Below are positions 41,527 to 55,816 of a DNA stretch of 64,000 nucleotides, one piece after another; the stretch's first letter is position 1; each line of letters starts with the position of its first letter. Both the position numbers and the translations under genes were made by a program. Origin of the DNA: Octopus vulgaris (Eukaryota); NCBI GenBank assembly GCA_951406725.2, contig OX597816.1, forward strand, positions 86,366,001 to 86,430,000. The letters run 5' to 3'. The notes below the pieces were generated by a model. The model did no database searches and had not been told where the DNA came from. It saw only the letters and a program-made list of their open reading frames with translations.

Positions 41527-43803
41527 TTCACTAGTTTCATTTTTATAGCGTGCTTTCATTTCACTACCGAGCGCAGCTCTGTGTGCCTTGGATATGTGCT
41601 GTGATTTGTTGTGATGCTCTAATAGTTACTGTATTGAAAGTGTTCTGCGTAGGATGTGTGCAGTGCTTAGTAGTGCAATTATCTGTATGCTATATGTGTT
41701 TGTAAGACCTGGTGTTTTTATTATGTATTTGTCTGAATATTTTTTATCATGCCTAATGCACCTACTGTGATAGGAATTGTTTCTGTTTTTAGATTCCACA
41801 TTCGATTTACCTCTATTCCCCAGGCTTTGTATTTTGAAAGTTTCTCCATTTCTTTTAGAGACACGTTGTCATCTGCCGGTATTGATACATCAATTAGAAT
41901 GCATTTTTTTCTTCATGATCTCTGACAACTATATCTGGTCTGTTGGCCTTAATATCTATATCTGTGTGTATTGGCATTTCCCAGACTATGGTTGCTTTCT
42001 CGTTTTCTGTGACCTTTTCTGGTGTGCCTATACCATCCTTTTTCTGTTGTTATTCCATAATGTTGGCATAGATTCCAGTGTATGTAGGTTCCAACTCTGT
42101 CGTGTCTGTGAATATATTCCTTCTTAGCCAGGACTGGGCAACCAGAGATAATATGATTTATTGTTTCTTGTCCATCTCCACATATTCTGCAGTTACTTGT
42201 TATATTTCTTTTCATTACATGTTTTTGGTAAATTCTGGTGGGGAGGCTTTGATCTTGTGCTGCAATTAAAAATACCTCTTCTCTCTGCTTTGACTCCTGA
42301 GCTTCTCAACCATTGCTGAGATTTTTCTTTGTGTATTTCTTTTGCATTTAGTTTAGTCCAGTATTTAGCATGAAGGGGCTTTTCTTGCCATCTTTTTATC
42401 ATGGTTCGTTGCTGTTCTAGTTTTTGTGTGGATTTCATTTGTTTTATAGCCTTTGTTGTTTCTTCATCATCTTCTTCTTCTTCATATTTCTTAGGTGGTA
42501 TGATTTCTTGTTTGTATTTGTCAGCTTCCTTCAATACTGAGAAGAGTTTTTTGTTTTGCTCGTGTTTTGCCGCTATTTGTATCAGTTTTCCTTCCTTCTG
42601 AAGTAGATATTTTTGCAGTCCTATGGTGGTTATTTTATAGTAGTTTTCCAGCTGTATAAGGCCTCTACCACCTTCTATACGTTGTATATATAGCCTTTCT
42701 ATGTCAGATTTTTTGTGATGCATCCTAGATTCTGTCATTATTTTTCTTGTTTTCCTATCTATTTTGGTCAGTTCATTTAGTGTCCAGTTAAGATATTGTA
42801 GCTGTAGCTTATAACTAGGACGGCTAAAGTGTTAATACCTATTATCTTGTTTTTAGTATTGTTTAGTATTGATCTAACTCGTCTATAATATATAGTATTG
42901 TTTAGTATTGATCTAACTCGTCTATAATATTCTTTTTTTATTTTCTCTTTCATTTGTGTGTGTTGTGTCTTATCTAGTTCATGGATTCCTAAGTATTTGT
43001 AAGTTTGGCTTTGGTCTAATTCTTTTATTTCATTGGTTTTTATCTAGTGTGATGCTGCTACTCTTAACTTGTTTTCCTCTTTTCAGGGATACCTTGGCGC
43101 ATTTTTCTAATCCAAATTTCATATCTATTTCTTTGGTAAATCCATGAACTCTTTTAGTAGTGTTTCCAGCTGTTTGTCATTTGTAGCGTATAGTTTTAGG
43201 TCATCCTTACATAAAAGGTGGCTGATTGCTTTGCCGTAACATTTATATCCGCATCCAGTTCTATTTAGCATATCAGTTACAAGTGACAGTGCCAAGAAGA
43301 AAACGAGTGGAGAGAGCGTGTCTCCCTGGAATATTCCCTCTTCTAATGGGGATGGCTTTGGTTTTTATGAGTCCCTCTTTTGTTTGGAGTTGTAGCACTA
43401 TTTGCTATTTATTCATAGAGTGTCCTATGTATTTTATAATTGTTGGTGCTACTTTGTTAATGGCTAGTTTTTCGATGATCCATGTGTGGGGGATGCTATC
43501 AAACTTCCTTTCTGTTGTCGATCCAGGCCATACTGAGGCCTTTCTTCTTTTTGTTACAGTCTTCAGTTATGACTTTATTGATCATTAGTTGATCTTTACA
43601 GCCATATGAGCCTTTGCGGTATCCTTTCTGCTCTTCTGGAAACAGGTTGTTTTCGTCCAGATGCTTGTTTAATCTTTGTGATATTACTGTAGTAAATGCT
43701 TTGAGGATTGTAGGGAGACAGGTTATAAGTCTGTAGTTTTCTGGTTTTCCTGTCTCGTTGGATTTGGGAATTAAGATGGTTTTCCCCTTCGTGAGCCAAT
43801 CAT
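41527..43803 (-). mobile_element. R4/Dong-type retrotransposon, 5'-truncated copy B (frameshifted)
   Basis: WLTKGKTILIPK..PENYR.ITCLPT, EEQKG..GCKDQL, AWID, RGIFQGD, EGGRGL, CCHC knuckle, RPDIV. Has an internal tandem duplication at ~42853-42930. Confidence 0.9.
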
Positions 43804-44239
43804 TGTTGTTGTTGTTGTTGCTGGTGGTGGTGGTGGTGTTGCTGTTACTATTATAAATAAATAACGATATGATTACCATTAAATCTGACAATATGAGTGC
43901 TGACGCTTGCCTGCATAATATGATATAACCACCGCCCAACATATTTTATTACACGGAAGTAAATCTATATATAAATTAAAGCGGCATAGTTGTGTATGTG
44001 CCTGTATGTATGTATGTATGTATATGTATATACACATGTACATATATGTATATATATACATATGCGTACATGTTTCTATATGTATATATATATAATATTT
44101 ATATATAACTATATAGATGGATAGAGAGAGAGGGCGTGAGCTAGAGTAACAGACAAAAGATTTACCTATCAAGAACATTGTATGACTTAAGATATTCATA
44201 CAATACACAGAAACACGAACGAACATGGGTATACATGTA

Positions 44240-44281
<42 letters not shown>

Positions 44282-44711
44282 CATATACATATACTGCTGA
44301 ATTTACATGTTATATGTGTACATCTCTCTCTCTCTCTCTCCCTTCCTTCCTTCCCCCCTCTCTCTCTCTCTCCCTCCCTTCCTTCCCCCTCTCTCTCTCT
44401 ATGTATATATATATATACATGTACAGATGCGCGTAAATGATGATGTTTCTATCAATGCCTCATTTTACCAACAAATGGTGTTATAAATGTGATGCAAATT
44501 TTCCATCTTGGATATCAGGGAAAAGCGACACAATAATTTTTTATATTAATTGGGACTATACTGTTTATTGTATATGATATTGTTTTCTTTCATTTATACA
44601 TATTACGTATTTTTCATAATAAAAGAGGAGAAATCTTGTAAATTTGAACACTTTTAATAAGCAGCTATTACTGTCGCCAGACTGATATGCCTGCGTATAT
44701 GAACGTATCTG

Positions 44712-44789
<78 letters not shown>

Positions 44790-46519
44790 TATACACACAC
44801 AGTTATATACATATATGCATACATACATATGTCTGTGTGTGCTTGTGTGTGCGCCTGTGCACGTATATGGGATGATATTTCTGCGTATGTGAAGATATGT
44901 GTATATGTTTGTGTGTCTGTGTGTACAGGTATAAATATTGTGTAGAACTAAAATTCATTTGAAAAATTACACGGCAGGAAGTGTTAACGCGACAAATTAT
45001 AGATAATGAAATATATATGTGTTTCTCCTAGACAGGAGTCAAGTCTTAAAATTCGATGTTCGATAGCAAAACACCATCGATAAAATTGACAGTTATAATA
45101 GAAATAATTTTTCACACTAACATAATTATATATATTCAATACCACATTTCAATTTCAGGACTTAATTTTATGCATATTCACTTTTTATAGTGCCTTTTTT
45201 TATAGTAGGAGTTTTTGTATGAATTTTATTACTTGAGATATATTTCAATTTATTAGATATTTCTATTTTCTTTAAATATTTTTTAAAAGTTCAGCATTAA
45301 AATAACATGGTTTCAGTTAAGTATATGTGTGTGTGTGTGTGTATGTGTAAATGTAAATGCGTCTTGTGTGTGCGTTTTGATTAATAATATTTCTGTGGAT
45401 CAATATTAATAATTCATAATTTAATGTCCATAAAGATAACTTATCACAGTTCCCAGTCACAAATTCATATAAGTATGTATATACAGAAACATACGCATAC
45501 ACACACACTCATACTTGCACATATATTTGAATGGCTGTATAGGTATGTGTGTATTTGTGCATGAGAGCGATTCCGCATTAATAAACACAATTTAGTTTGG
45601 TCGTTGTATGTATGACTAACATTGAAAAAGAGGAAAATATGCCTTAAAACTAAATGAATATTTATTTATAAATAGAAAAGAATGGATTTTCATTTGCGTG
45701 GAACAATTGAGATGGTAAAAGTTGTAAAACAATAACAAAAGAATCAAAAACAACTACACACATGAATATATGTGAACTTAATCGTTACGATGATAAAAAA
45801 AACATACATATAAAACTAGTGTATGAAGAAATATTCTTAAGTACTCAACAATAAAATAATATATTATATAAGACGCAGGTTACTTCGATAATATAAGTGG
45901 GATTGAAAGTTACCTGTTGGGCTTGATTTTATGTTACTAGTTTTTTTATATATTTTGTCAGAAACAATAAAAAAAAATCATATAATCATGATATTTCAGA
46001 AAAATCACAAAAACTAATAATTTTACGATAAGATGTCTAAAAAACATTAATATTTATGTTTTTTTCTTTTTTTCATTTTCAACAGAGTAATTTTCGAAAA
46101 GATATGAGATTTCTGAAAATCGAAGTCCCCATGCACCGTTCCAGTATCCAATAACTTTCAGTTTAAAATAGATATGAAATCCAATGGAAATTACGAAGTT
46201 CGAAAGATTGAGTTTTCTGAAAGAAGGAGAAAAAAGTCCTTACGGGTCTACAATTCTTTGATAATGCATTGGTAATTTTATTGCGTTCTTTGTTTTGCTA
46301 CTTTCGTAAGTTTTTTCATAAGTTCTAACTTCATCCATTAAATATGGGGCTTGGTGCAAAATTAAGAACACTGGTTATCCAACTTCACGTTTGGAAGACT
46401 ATATACAAGAATTATATCATTTGAATCCTCCTTCGTATTTGACCTATTAAAATACATTCCGATTGGGATATCTTGATACCATACGTACATCAGTACTCTA
46501 TATCCCCCTCCCTCCCTCA

Positions 46520-46593
<74 letters not shown>

Positions 46594-46600
46594 TATATAT

Positions 46601-46770
46601 AGGTGCAGGCGTGGTTGCGCGATAAAAAGATTGCTTCACAATCTTATGGTTCCGGGTTCAGACCTACGGAATGGCACCTCGGGCCAACAAAAATCTTGTG
46701 ATTGGATTTGGTAGAGAGAAACTGAAATAATCACGTCGTATAAGTGTATACATATTCATATATATACATA

Positions 46771-46841
<71 letters not shown>

Positions 46842-47046
46842 TTGTCTGCAGACACAAACACACACACACGCCTATATATATATATATATACGCCAGGCTT
46901 CTTTCAGTTTCCGCCTACCAAATCCACTCACAAGGCTTTGGCCAGCCCGTGGCTATAGAACAAGACACGTGCACAAGTTGCGACGCAGTGGAACTGAAAT
47001 CGGAACCATGTGGTTGGGAAGCAAGACCAAACAGCCACGCCTGCCT
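46601..47046. mobile_element. Two SINE family A 5' halves in inverted orientation (46601-46740 +, 46890-47046 -) around (TA)n
   Basis: Both match the family A head and both end at the internal microsatellite position. Confidence 0.75.
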
Positions 47047-48432
47047 CTATATGTGTGTGTATAAGATATATATATGTCGCATTCGCTTTTTCTCTTCTCT
47101 CCCACTCCCTGTACACACACAAACACACACATATAAATATATACTCACACAGGGATACATATATGCACATAAATATATATTTATATGCGTATACACCCAC
47201 ACACACACGCACACAAACACGCACGCACACACACACACACATGCACACATATATATATAATCCACTCACATATTTACATATAATTTTGTTTAATTCGAAG
47301 TATTATTTCACATAGTTCCCACCCAAATTTAGTCGTATCTTATAAGGCAATCGCATTTCATGTTCATCTACTTATTTATTGCTTTGCTACTTTCCGTGTC
47401 CTTTTTATCAATTTTATTTTTAACATCTAGATCTTAATTTAACAAAATCGCGTTTTTATGCAAATTTATATCATTTACTAATAGTAGCAAGTATCTGAAA
47501 TTGAATTAAGCTCTATATTTGTTCATTTAATTAAATTTCCTTATTTAAATATTTTATTAAATAAAATAGTTTTATCTGACAATTTACATTATTTATTTCT
47601 GTAGTTTCTTACGGCATTTTCTATTTGAATAGCTATTACATCTAAACAACCATATAACACAGTTTTCCTTTACATAGATATAAACTAGTTTTACATTTAC
47701 CATCTTTTACTAATCCTGACTGTTAATCTCATGGAGAACATACCTATTGACTCGTTGATAATCTTTCCTTTTATCAACCAAAATATACACAACTACTTCT
47801 TCAGAAGTCAACATACACACATACCTACTTAGAATAAAAATGTGGGTCTTTTTCTTATATTCTTTTGTTTTGTTTTCTTTAAAAATAATTCCCATGACAC
47901 ATCAATATTCAGTAATCATAAATTCAGTCCTTTCCTCCAACCAGTTTCCAAAAATATGCGAAAGAACTGTTTTGTTTTTGACTGAATACTGATCAATATT
48001 CAATTAAATATCTGGTCTTGTTTTGATTTTTATTTCTTCTATCCACCCTCCTCACACACTCATAACTTTTTGTTTACTTATCTGTCAGCTAACTTTTATA
48101 CTCAATCTGTTTTCTGATTTGTGAGTCATATCCAGACTAGTATTTTAAAGAAAATAATTTTTCCCATAGATATTTGTATATAATATGTAAAACTGAAGGA
48201 TGCACTTCAACACTTGGTAGTTAAAAGATATTGCCTAAGGGATATGATGGAACATCCAAAAGCACTTTGGATCGATATTAAGCCGATGTTAAGCCTTGTT
48301 TCGGTTTATATAGAAGAGGTCTACGTCACTGTTTATGTGGTAATTATGCGTGCTTCTTAGTATTTTTCGGGTTTTCACATTAAAGGCTCGGATCTCATCA
48401 AGCGTCCAATCAAGCAACCCAGATTTTGTATG

Positions 48433-48540
<108 letters not shown>

Positions 48541-48722
48541 CAATAAGGGTTTTTGCAACATGTTGCTTGACCACATACCGAACATTTTAGAGATAGCATC
48601 CAAAGGACTACTATTTCCTTTCTTTTACGTTTAGAACCTACGCTCTTCTAGAGAAAGGGAAACAGAAAAAACAAGGACAGAAAAAAATGTGTGTAGTTGC
48701 TAACGATCTATCATGGCGACTA

Positions 48723-48772
<50 letters not shown>

Positions 48773-48930
48773 TATATATATACATATAGGTATAATATAT
48801 ATATATATAAATATATATATACATGTATATATATAAATACATGTATATATACTGATGTATATGTATAGATGTATTTCTATAGATATACATGTATATGTAA
48901 ACATGTATGTCTAGATGTATATATAGATGT

Positions 48931-48995
<65 letters not shown>

Positions 48996-49179
48996 TACAT
49001 GCATACATATATACACCTATACACACATACCGATACAAACCCCACACACAACACACATACAGGTGCAGGTTTGACTATGTGGTAACAAAGTTGGTACCAA
49101 AACCCTTGGTCCTCAGTGCAGTCCCACTGTGTGTTAACTTGGCATGTGTCTCCTGCTATAGCATCATACCAGCCCACAA

Positions 49180-49590
49180 TCGCTCTGGGCGACATTGGGG
49201 CGACTGTACACAGCTACCAGCAAACAGCCGACGCTATGGCAACCAGATCTCGCTCTGCGCGACATTGGGGCGACTGTACACAGCTACCGGCCCACATTCG
49301 AAAAGTATCTTGGTGCGACTATGAAAGATATCCAACCAGAGGCGGTAAATTCGCCACAATACAAGCAAGGTTCGAATCAACGGAGCGTGCAAGGAAGTAC
49401 TCGACTCGAACCTTGCAAAGTGGAAATATTTTAATTTTACCTTTATATCTGAGACGTAGGACGTCCCGGATAAAAATTTTAAATGTCCCCCCAGAAGTAG
49501 AGGTAGGCTGGATTGTAGCCGCGCTTCTATTCAAGAGGGAGGACAAGTGCCAATTGATCGAAATTGCAAGAGACGGGCCAACAATTTCAG
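49180..49590 (+). mobile_element. Probable LINE 5' region: ~70 bp tandem repeat plus an ORF1-like fragment
   Basis: cgctctgggcgacattggggcgactgtacacagctacc x2, then ..LILPLYLRRRTSRIKILNVPPEVEVGWIVAAL (a ..I.NVP.E.. motif reminiscent of L1/Tx1 ORF1). Confidence 0.45.
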
Positions 49591-49724
49591 TCTGTTATAT
49601 ATTTTGAGTATTGTTATCACTAGCGATATCAAGATATAACTTTGTAATTTGTATTTTATGTGTAGATGTATATATATAGATGTACATGTAATATGTACAC
49701 ATATATATATACATATATACATGC

Positions 49725-49895
49725 ACTAGCACTATGATCCGGCAACGACAGGGTCATAATGCTAGTATATCGATATATATGAAACTGAGAATGTGTGTCT
49801 GTCTGTGTGAATCCCTAAAACTTGAGAACTACACAACCAATTTCATTCAAATTTTACACATGCCTTACTTAGGGTCCAGGGAGTGTCATGGGCAA
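49725..49895. mobile_element. Helitron-like non-autonomous fragment with a CTAG-bounded terminal hairpin
   Basis: actagcactatgatcc..gggtcataatgctagt forms a 42-nt hairpin, followed by tgtctgtctgt..aaccaatttcattcaaatttt. Confidence 0.5.
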
Positions 49896-49984
49896 AGCTC
49901 TGGGCGACGTTGGGGTGACTGTACAGAGCTACTAGCCCACAGTCGACGCTATGGCGACCAGACCTCGCTCTGGGCGACCCTGGG

Positions 49985-51455
49985 GTGAATCGCAGTGTGA
50001 CTTTAGAAGAAGCAGATCAACTTTTGACATTATATTCTCCATACGCCAACTTCAGAAGAAGTCCAGAAAGCAGAAAATGCCATTATATATGGCCTTCATT
50101 GATCTGACAAAGTCCTTTGACTTGGTAAGTAGAAAAGGCCTCTTCATCCTTCTCTAAAAAAATCGGATGTTCACCAAAGCTGCTGAGGACCATCACATCT
50201 TTCCATGATGATATGCAAGGCACCATATAGCACAATGGTTCAACATCAGCCGCCTTCCAAATAAAAATGGGGCAAAGCAAGATTGTGTCCTTGCCCCTAC
50301 ATTATTTGGCATCTTCTTCTCGCTGCTGCTGTCACATGCCTTTGAGACATCAGATGATGGAGTGTTTCTGCACAGTAGAAATGATGGGAAACTGTTCAAT
50401 CTCTCGCGTCTGCGTGCCAAGACCAAAATCAGAAGTGTCCTGATCAAGGAGATTCTATATGCTGATGATACCGCTCTGGTATCACACAGAGGAAGCCATA
50501 CAAAGACTCATCAACTGTTTTGAGCAAGCATGTGGCAACGTTGGCTTATTTATCAGCCTCAAGAAGACCAACATCATGGGTCAGGCTACATCGACCATCC
50601 CAAACATACATATTGGAGACCACAGACTACAGGAGGTGGAGAAGTTTAGCTATCTTGGCTCTACCGTCACCTACAACCTATCCCTTGATACTGAGCTCAA
50701 TATACGCATTGACAAGGCAGCTGCTGTGATGGCCCAACTCTCCAAACGGGCATAGGACAACAATAAGCTGACCAATACCACAAAAATGAAGATTAACCAG
50801 GCGCGTGTACTTAGCACTCTACTGTATGGAAGTGAGACTTGGACGCCATACACACGCCATACGACGTCATACGTCGCCTAAATATCTTTCACCTGCGCTG
50901 CCTCCAGAATCATGTCCCCCAAAAAGATGTCCTCAAGCAAGCAGGAATACCAAGCATGTTTACACTCCTCACACAAAGACGTATGAGATGGCTTGGACAT
51001 GTTAGCCGTATGGAAGATAGCAGAATCCCCAAGGACATACTCAACGGAGAGATTGCTTGGGGCCATTGGTCTGTGGGTAGACCGTTCTTACGATACAAGG
51101 ATGTTTGCAAAAGGGACATGAATGCCTGCAACATCAATATTACCACCTGGGAAGCAGTTGCCAGCGACCGTGGAGATTGGCGACGTACCGTAAAAGAGGG
51201 AACACAAAGGAGTGACGTAGAGGGAGAGGAGAAATGGAAAGACAAGAAAAGATGTCAACAAGAAAGTATGACATTACAACCAGCCTGGCAGAGTCTTCGC
51301 TACATTTGCGGCACCTGTCACAGGGAGTGTTTGTCCAGGATAGGACTACACAGCCACAGCAGGAGATGTATTGGGATATGAAATGTAAAAGCCGGACTTG
51401 ATTATTTTATGCGCAACTCCATTGTCTCCCGAGACAAAAAGAATGTCAACAACAA
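49985..51455 (+). pseudogene. RTE-clade LINE, 5'-truncated and disrupted
   Basis: SQCDFRRSRSTFDIIFSIRQLQ.K..FIDLTKSFDLV, KQDCVLAPTLF, LYADD, F.YLGS, LLYGSETW, RWLGHVSRM..RIPK, RYKD.CKRD, C..C..RIGLHSH. Contains stops and frameshifts. Confidence 0.9.
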
Positions 51456-52756
51456 TATATATGGATTTCGGAGACAGGAACTGAAACAAATCAATCGTAT
51501 ATATATGTATATATGTAAGTGTATGTGTGTGTCTTTGTGTCTGTGTTTCGCCCTCATCACTGCTTCACAACTGTTGTTCATTTATTTACATCCACAAAAC
51601 TTACTGGTTTCACAAGAACAAACTAATAGAATAAGTACCAGGCTTATCAACATAAAGAAGCACTAGGCTGTGACTCATATTTTTGTTTGCCCACTCAGTT
51701 GTATCTATCAATTTATCTTTGTGTGTATGTGTGTGTGTGTGTGTGTGTACACCTATATATATATATATATAAAACACCCTAATGGGAACCTTAACTCCCA
51801 AATTTTAGTCATTTCCTTTATGATCCAAAACTATGTCAAAAGTACTGAATGGATCTTTATGAAATTTGGAAATTATATTCTAAGCATAAGGGTCATAACC
51901 CCCATGACAATTCATATATTTTTGCTGTTGATGAAATTTTAACCATAGATATTAAACACAAATGAACTAATATTTATAAAATTTCATCTTCATACAAAGT
52001 TAGAAAGACCCTCCATGGGGACTTAACACCCACAATTTTGTTATTTTACCTAAGCAAATACGAATACAGTTGTGCTCTTGGAAGTTGTAGGGCTACCCGA
52101 GCATAAAAGCTGGGCATTATTTCTAATTCAATGGTACAACAGTGTAACAGTTGTTACAATGTGGGGCATAAATTGTTAGGTAAATGAGAGGCATCTTTGT
52201 CCCCACTGATTCAGTTGCAAAGTGTTGAGTAAAGTTATTTGATTGCAGACCTCCTTTCAGTCTTTTTATTATCCCTCGGTCGCACATAGTCCCCAGATTG
52301 TAACATTGATTACAAGGCCTTCCCAGATGACTGACTGGTTATTCAAAGACATTTATAGAATTTAAATTCATTCTGTCCAGTTACGAATCAGTATAGTGGT
52401 CATTTGCAAACTCCAGATGTGACACTTTAATTTCTCCTTAGCCCTCACCTCACACAGTTGTTAATGTTGATTTCAGTTGGGTCACGCCCTTCCAATTGCT
52501 ATAGATTCGTCATGCATCTTACGGGTGTGCCTGTCACCTGGATGGTGAGGAATCCTACATTGGGAGTGGTAACGACTAGGGTAGGAAAACTGACTGCTTA
52601 TTGTGATCATTCGTCTTTTGGTTTCCATGTGGCACGATTACAATTTTTTTTAGGGTGTGTAAAGAGGGAAATAACCCTCATTTGCAATTTTTTATGAAAT
52701 TCGAAGCATAGATATCCCAGTTCATTCAGAAAATATAAGAGAAAAGTCTAATTCTT

Positions 52757-52794
<38 letters not shown>

Positions 52795-52823
52795 TAGCAG
52801 AGATACCCGGCGTTGCCCGGTTA

Positions 52824-52945
52824 CATTCAGTATCAAGGGATAGGTTGTAGGTGACGGTAGAGCCAAGATAGGTAAACTTCTCCACCTCCTGTAGTCTGTG
52901 GTCTCCAATATGTATGTTTGGGATGGTCGATGTAGCCTGACCCAA
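52824..52945 (-). mobile_element. ~120 bp near-identical inverted copy of the local RTE segment ~50578-50697
   Basis: GQATSTIPNIHIGDHRLQEVEKFTYLGSTVTYNLSLDTE versus ..KFSYLGS.. in the RTE copy. Confidence 0.85.
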
Positions 52946-53674
52946 GATGTATATATATATATATATACAACAGCAGAAGCAGCGGTGTTATTACAATCGT
53001 ACTTTCTCTTTCTGCTGTAAATAACGGAGCCTGTTTATGTTTGTTGGAGAGCGACACAGCTTCTGCACTTTGCACGGTACCTAGCTCTTATGTGGAGGGA
53101 GTTGCCCCACTAATTGCTAGCTACACCAGGTCGATATCCACGGCAACGGGCATTTACAGAAAGACCAATTAACGGGTGAATGTGAATTGTATACACATGT
53201 ATCTATTTATGTCTAGGGAAAGTGTTTGCTTGGTGTTTCATGTCTCTCTGCATCTAGATAAGACCCATCACACATTGCATTACATTCAAGTAAACACACG
53301 TACACATGTACCCACTGTAATTACGAATACACACGTATACAGACACGCATTGTTTTTGCACACACCTTTCCAAAGTTATGTATATTAACGCAGAAAGAAA
53401 TAAATAATAACAAAACAATCATTCAGAAAACCAATAGAGAGACGGGAAAAAAAATATTAAACAAAAAATATCAGGAAAGAGAGAAGCAACACGCGATTTC
53501 AGCGAGTGATATAGCAGTCCAACACTTACATTTTCCAGCCTCTGTATGCGATAAGACCCACTGCATGGCTCTTCTCTGCGTAGATTACATTCAAGGACTT
53601 AACAATCAGCTACCTGATAATTGTGAGGCAAAACTGCACTCTTCAGGAAGGAGATATTATGTCAAATATTTAAG

Positions 53675-53737
53675 CCACCTGATGAATGACTGCGACTCAA
53701 AAATTTGAAGACAGCAGGCAGGAAACGATCGTAGTGG
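53675..53737 (+). ncRNA. Type I hammerhead ribozyme motif
   Basis: ccac CTGATGA atgactgc..gcaggcag GAAA cgatcg TA gtgg. Helix I is ccac/gtgg and helix III is palindromic CGATCG. Confidence 0.8.
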
Positions 53738-53857
53738 GATATTAATTATATTTTTTGATAATTTTGTTACATATTTAAATAATATAAATTAATCATATGT
53801 ATTGGCATAAGTCTTTCATTGTTTGATTTGCCTAATAGTGGTTTTGTCTCTAATTTA

Positions 53858-53910
<53 letters not shown>

Positions 53911-53924
53911 ATGTATATATATAT

Positions 53925-54164
53925 GCTTCTTTATTTGTTTCAATCATTTCAATGCGGCCATACTGGAGCACCGCTTTAGTGAAACAATTCGATCCTAGGA
54001 CATTCGTGGTAAGCCTAGTACTTATTTAACCCAGTCCTTTTGTTTTAAGTCTGGTGCTTATGCTAACGTTCTCTTTTGCCGAACTGCTAAATTAGAACAA
54101 CGTAAATACACCAATACCTGTTCTCAAGCGGTGATGAAGGACACCCCAGACAGAAACACACACA

Positions 54165-54250
<86 letters not shown>

Positions 54251-54343
54251 CGACGGGCTTCATTCAGTTTCTGTCTAGAAAATTCACTCTTCAATGCTTT
54301 GGTCGGCCCAAGGTGCCCCACAGTTCTTACCACAGAATGACGC

Positions 54344-54345
<2 letters not shown>
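53925..54345 (-). mobile_element. Diverged SINE family A copy with an internal deletion
   Basis: Similar to 30281-30688. Confidence 0.8.
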
Positions 54346-54394
<49 letters not shown>

Positions 54395-55385
54395 CGTGTG
54401 TGTCTTGAAGCAAATTGTTCAAATTTAAATCTGAATGCTATATTCATTGCAAGTAAGAAAGCTGTGCTCGAGACTTAATGTTTTTCTATCACACTCCGAG
54501 ACAGGTTCTTTTTATTATTGTACCGGATGCTCCTGAGGGTTGATTTCTAGCAAATGTGTACAATTGTATACAATTTAACAGAGAATGTTCTCATATGTAT
54601 TTTATGAAATACGTGTTTAACAGGTAGTGATTTGTCTACCATTTACTTAACAATATATCAGTAGATACGACCACCGGGTTTGAAAATTTTTCGTTTTACT
54701 CGTGTTTGAACATTTGTCAATTGTGTATGGAAATCATTCTGAAATTATGTATCTTGTTGCCCGAGTTTCATTTAGAAAAGAGAATTGTGTAACATTGTAT
54801 TGTATAGTTTATTACATACTTTCATGTCATTAAGCAAATCTAAACACGATAAAGGCATATATAAATCCATAGAATCTGACGTATTCATAAGAAAACTGCT
54901 ATACGATTAAATAGAATTTTCTCTGAAAAGAACTTCTGTGTTATCGCTTTCAAACCAATTCTTACCAGTATATCTTTAGACATTCAAATTTCTTCTATTC
55001 AACGAATCCAATGACTTAGAACTGAATCTGTCGACTCGAAATTAATACAGCAGCAGCAATTTCAGAAATCAGACAATGATTTTATTCCCAAATAGAGCAG
55101 ATGGGGAGGGATTTTCCTTCTATGAATGGAGTGAATCGAACAGTTAGTATAGATAGTGAAACATATTGTAATATGTTGCACCTTTAACGGATGGAGACAT
55201 CAACTTGAAACGTGGAAATACTGATGTGCTCTACGTGAAATTATAGCTTAATGTGTTCTATGCTAAATTATATGCTACGCCCACTGCCGTGTCTTTGTAC
55301 TCTTCTACCGGAGATTAGAAGGCATGGCGCTAAAATCTTTGAAACACTTCAATCCTAGTTAGTTCTTCACACGCACACACACACA

Positions 55386-55453
<68 letters not shown>

Positions 55454-55816
55454 CTCTCTGTCCTGTATTTCTCACTGACTGTCAATATTCAATAAAATCC
55501 TTTACGATAAAAGAAAGCTGGAGCACAGAGTCAATGATACTACTGAAGATGACACCAAACAAAATATCCTAGATAAATTTGATAAAGAAATTGCACACAT
55601 TCGATAAAGAATTATTTGAGGTCAGCTTAAAATACAAGCATATCCCTAAGATGCTTCCTATGCTTCACGAAAGAAAAAAATAAAGAAAATATTAGTTACT
55701 GATGCAATTCGATATTTCATCGCATTAGAACTATCTGTAGCTAGTTGATAATTTTATCCGTTGTAGGTATATGAGGATTGACTTTATTCTGCATTTCTAT
55801 GCAGTCTGCGTCACTA

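Noticed and set aside
48620-48655. Hammerhead-like ctagaagagcgtaggttctaaacgta on the minus strand
   Set aside because: Both core boxes are mutated; at most a dead pLTR remnant.
49180-49300. CRISPR-like repeat
   Set aside because: Only two imperfect tandem units, no unique spacers, eukaryotic context.
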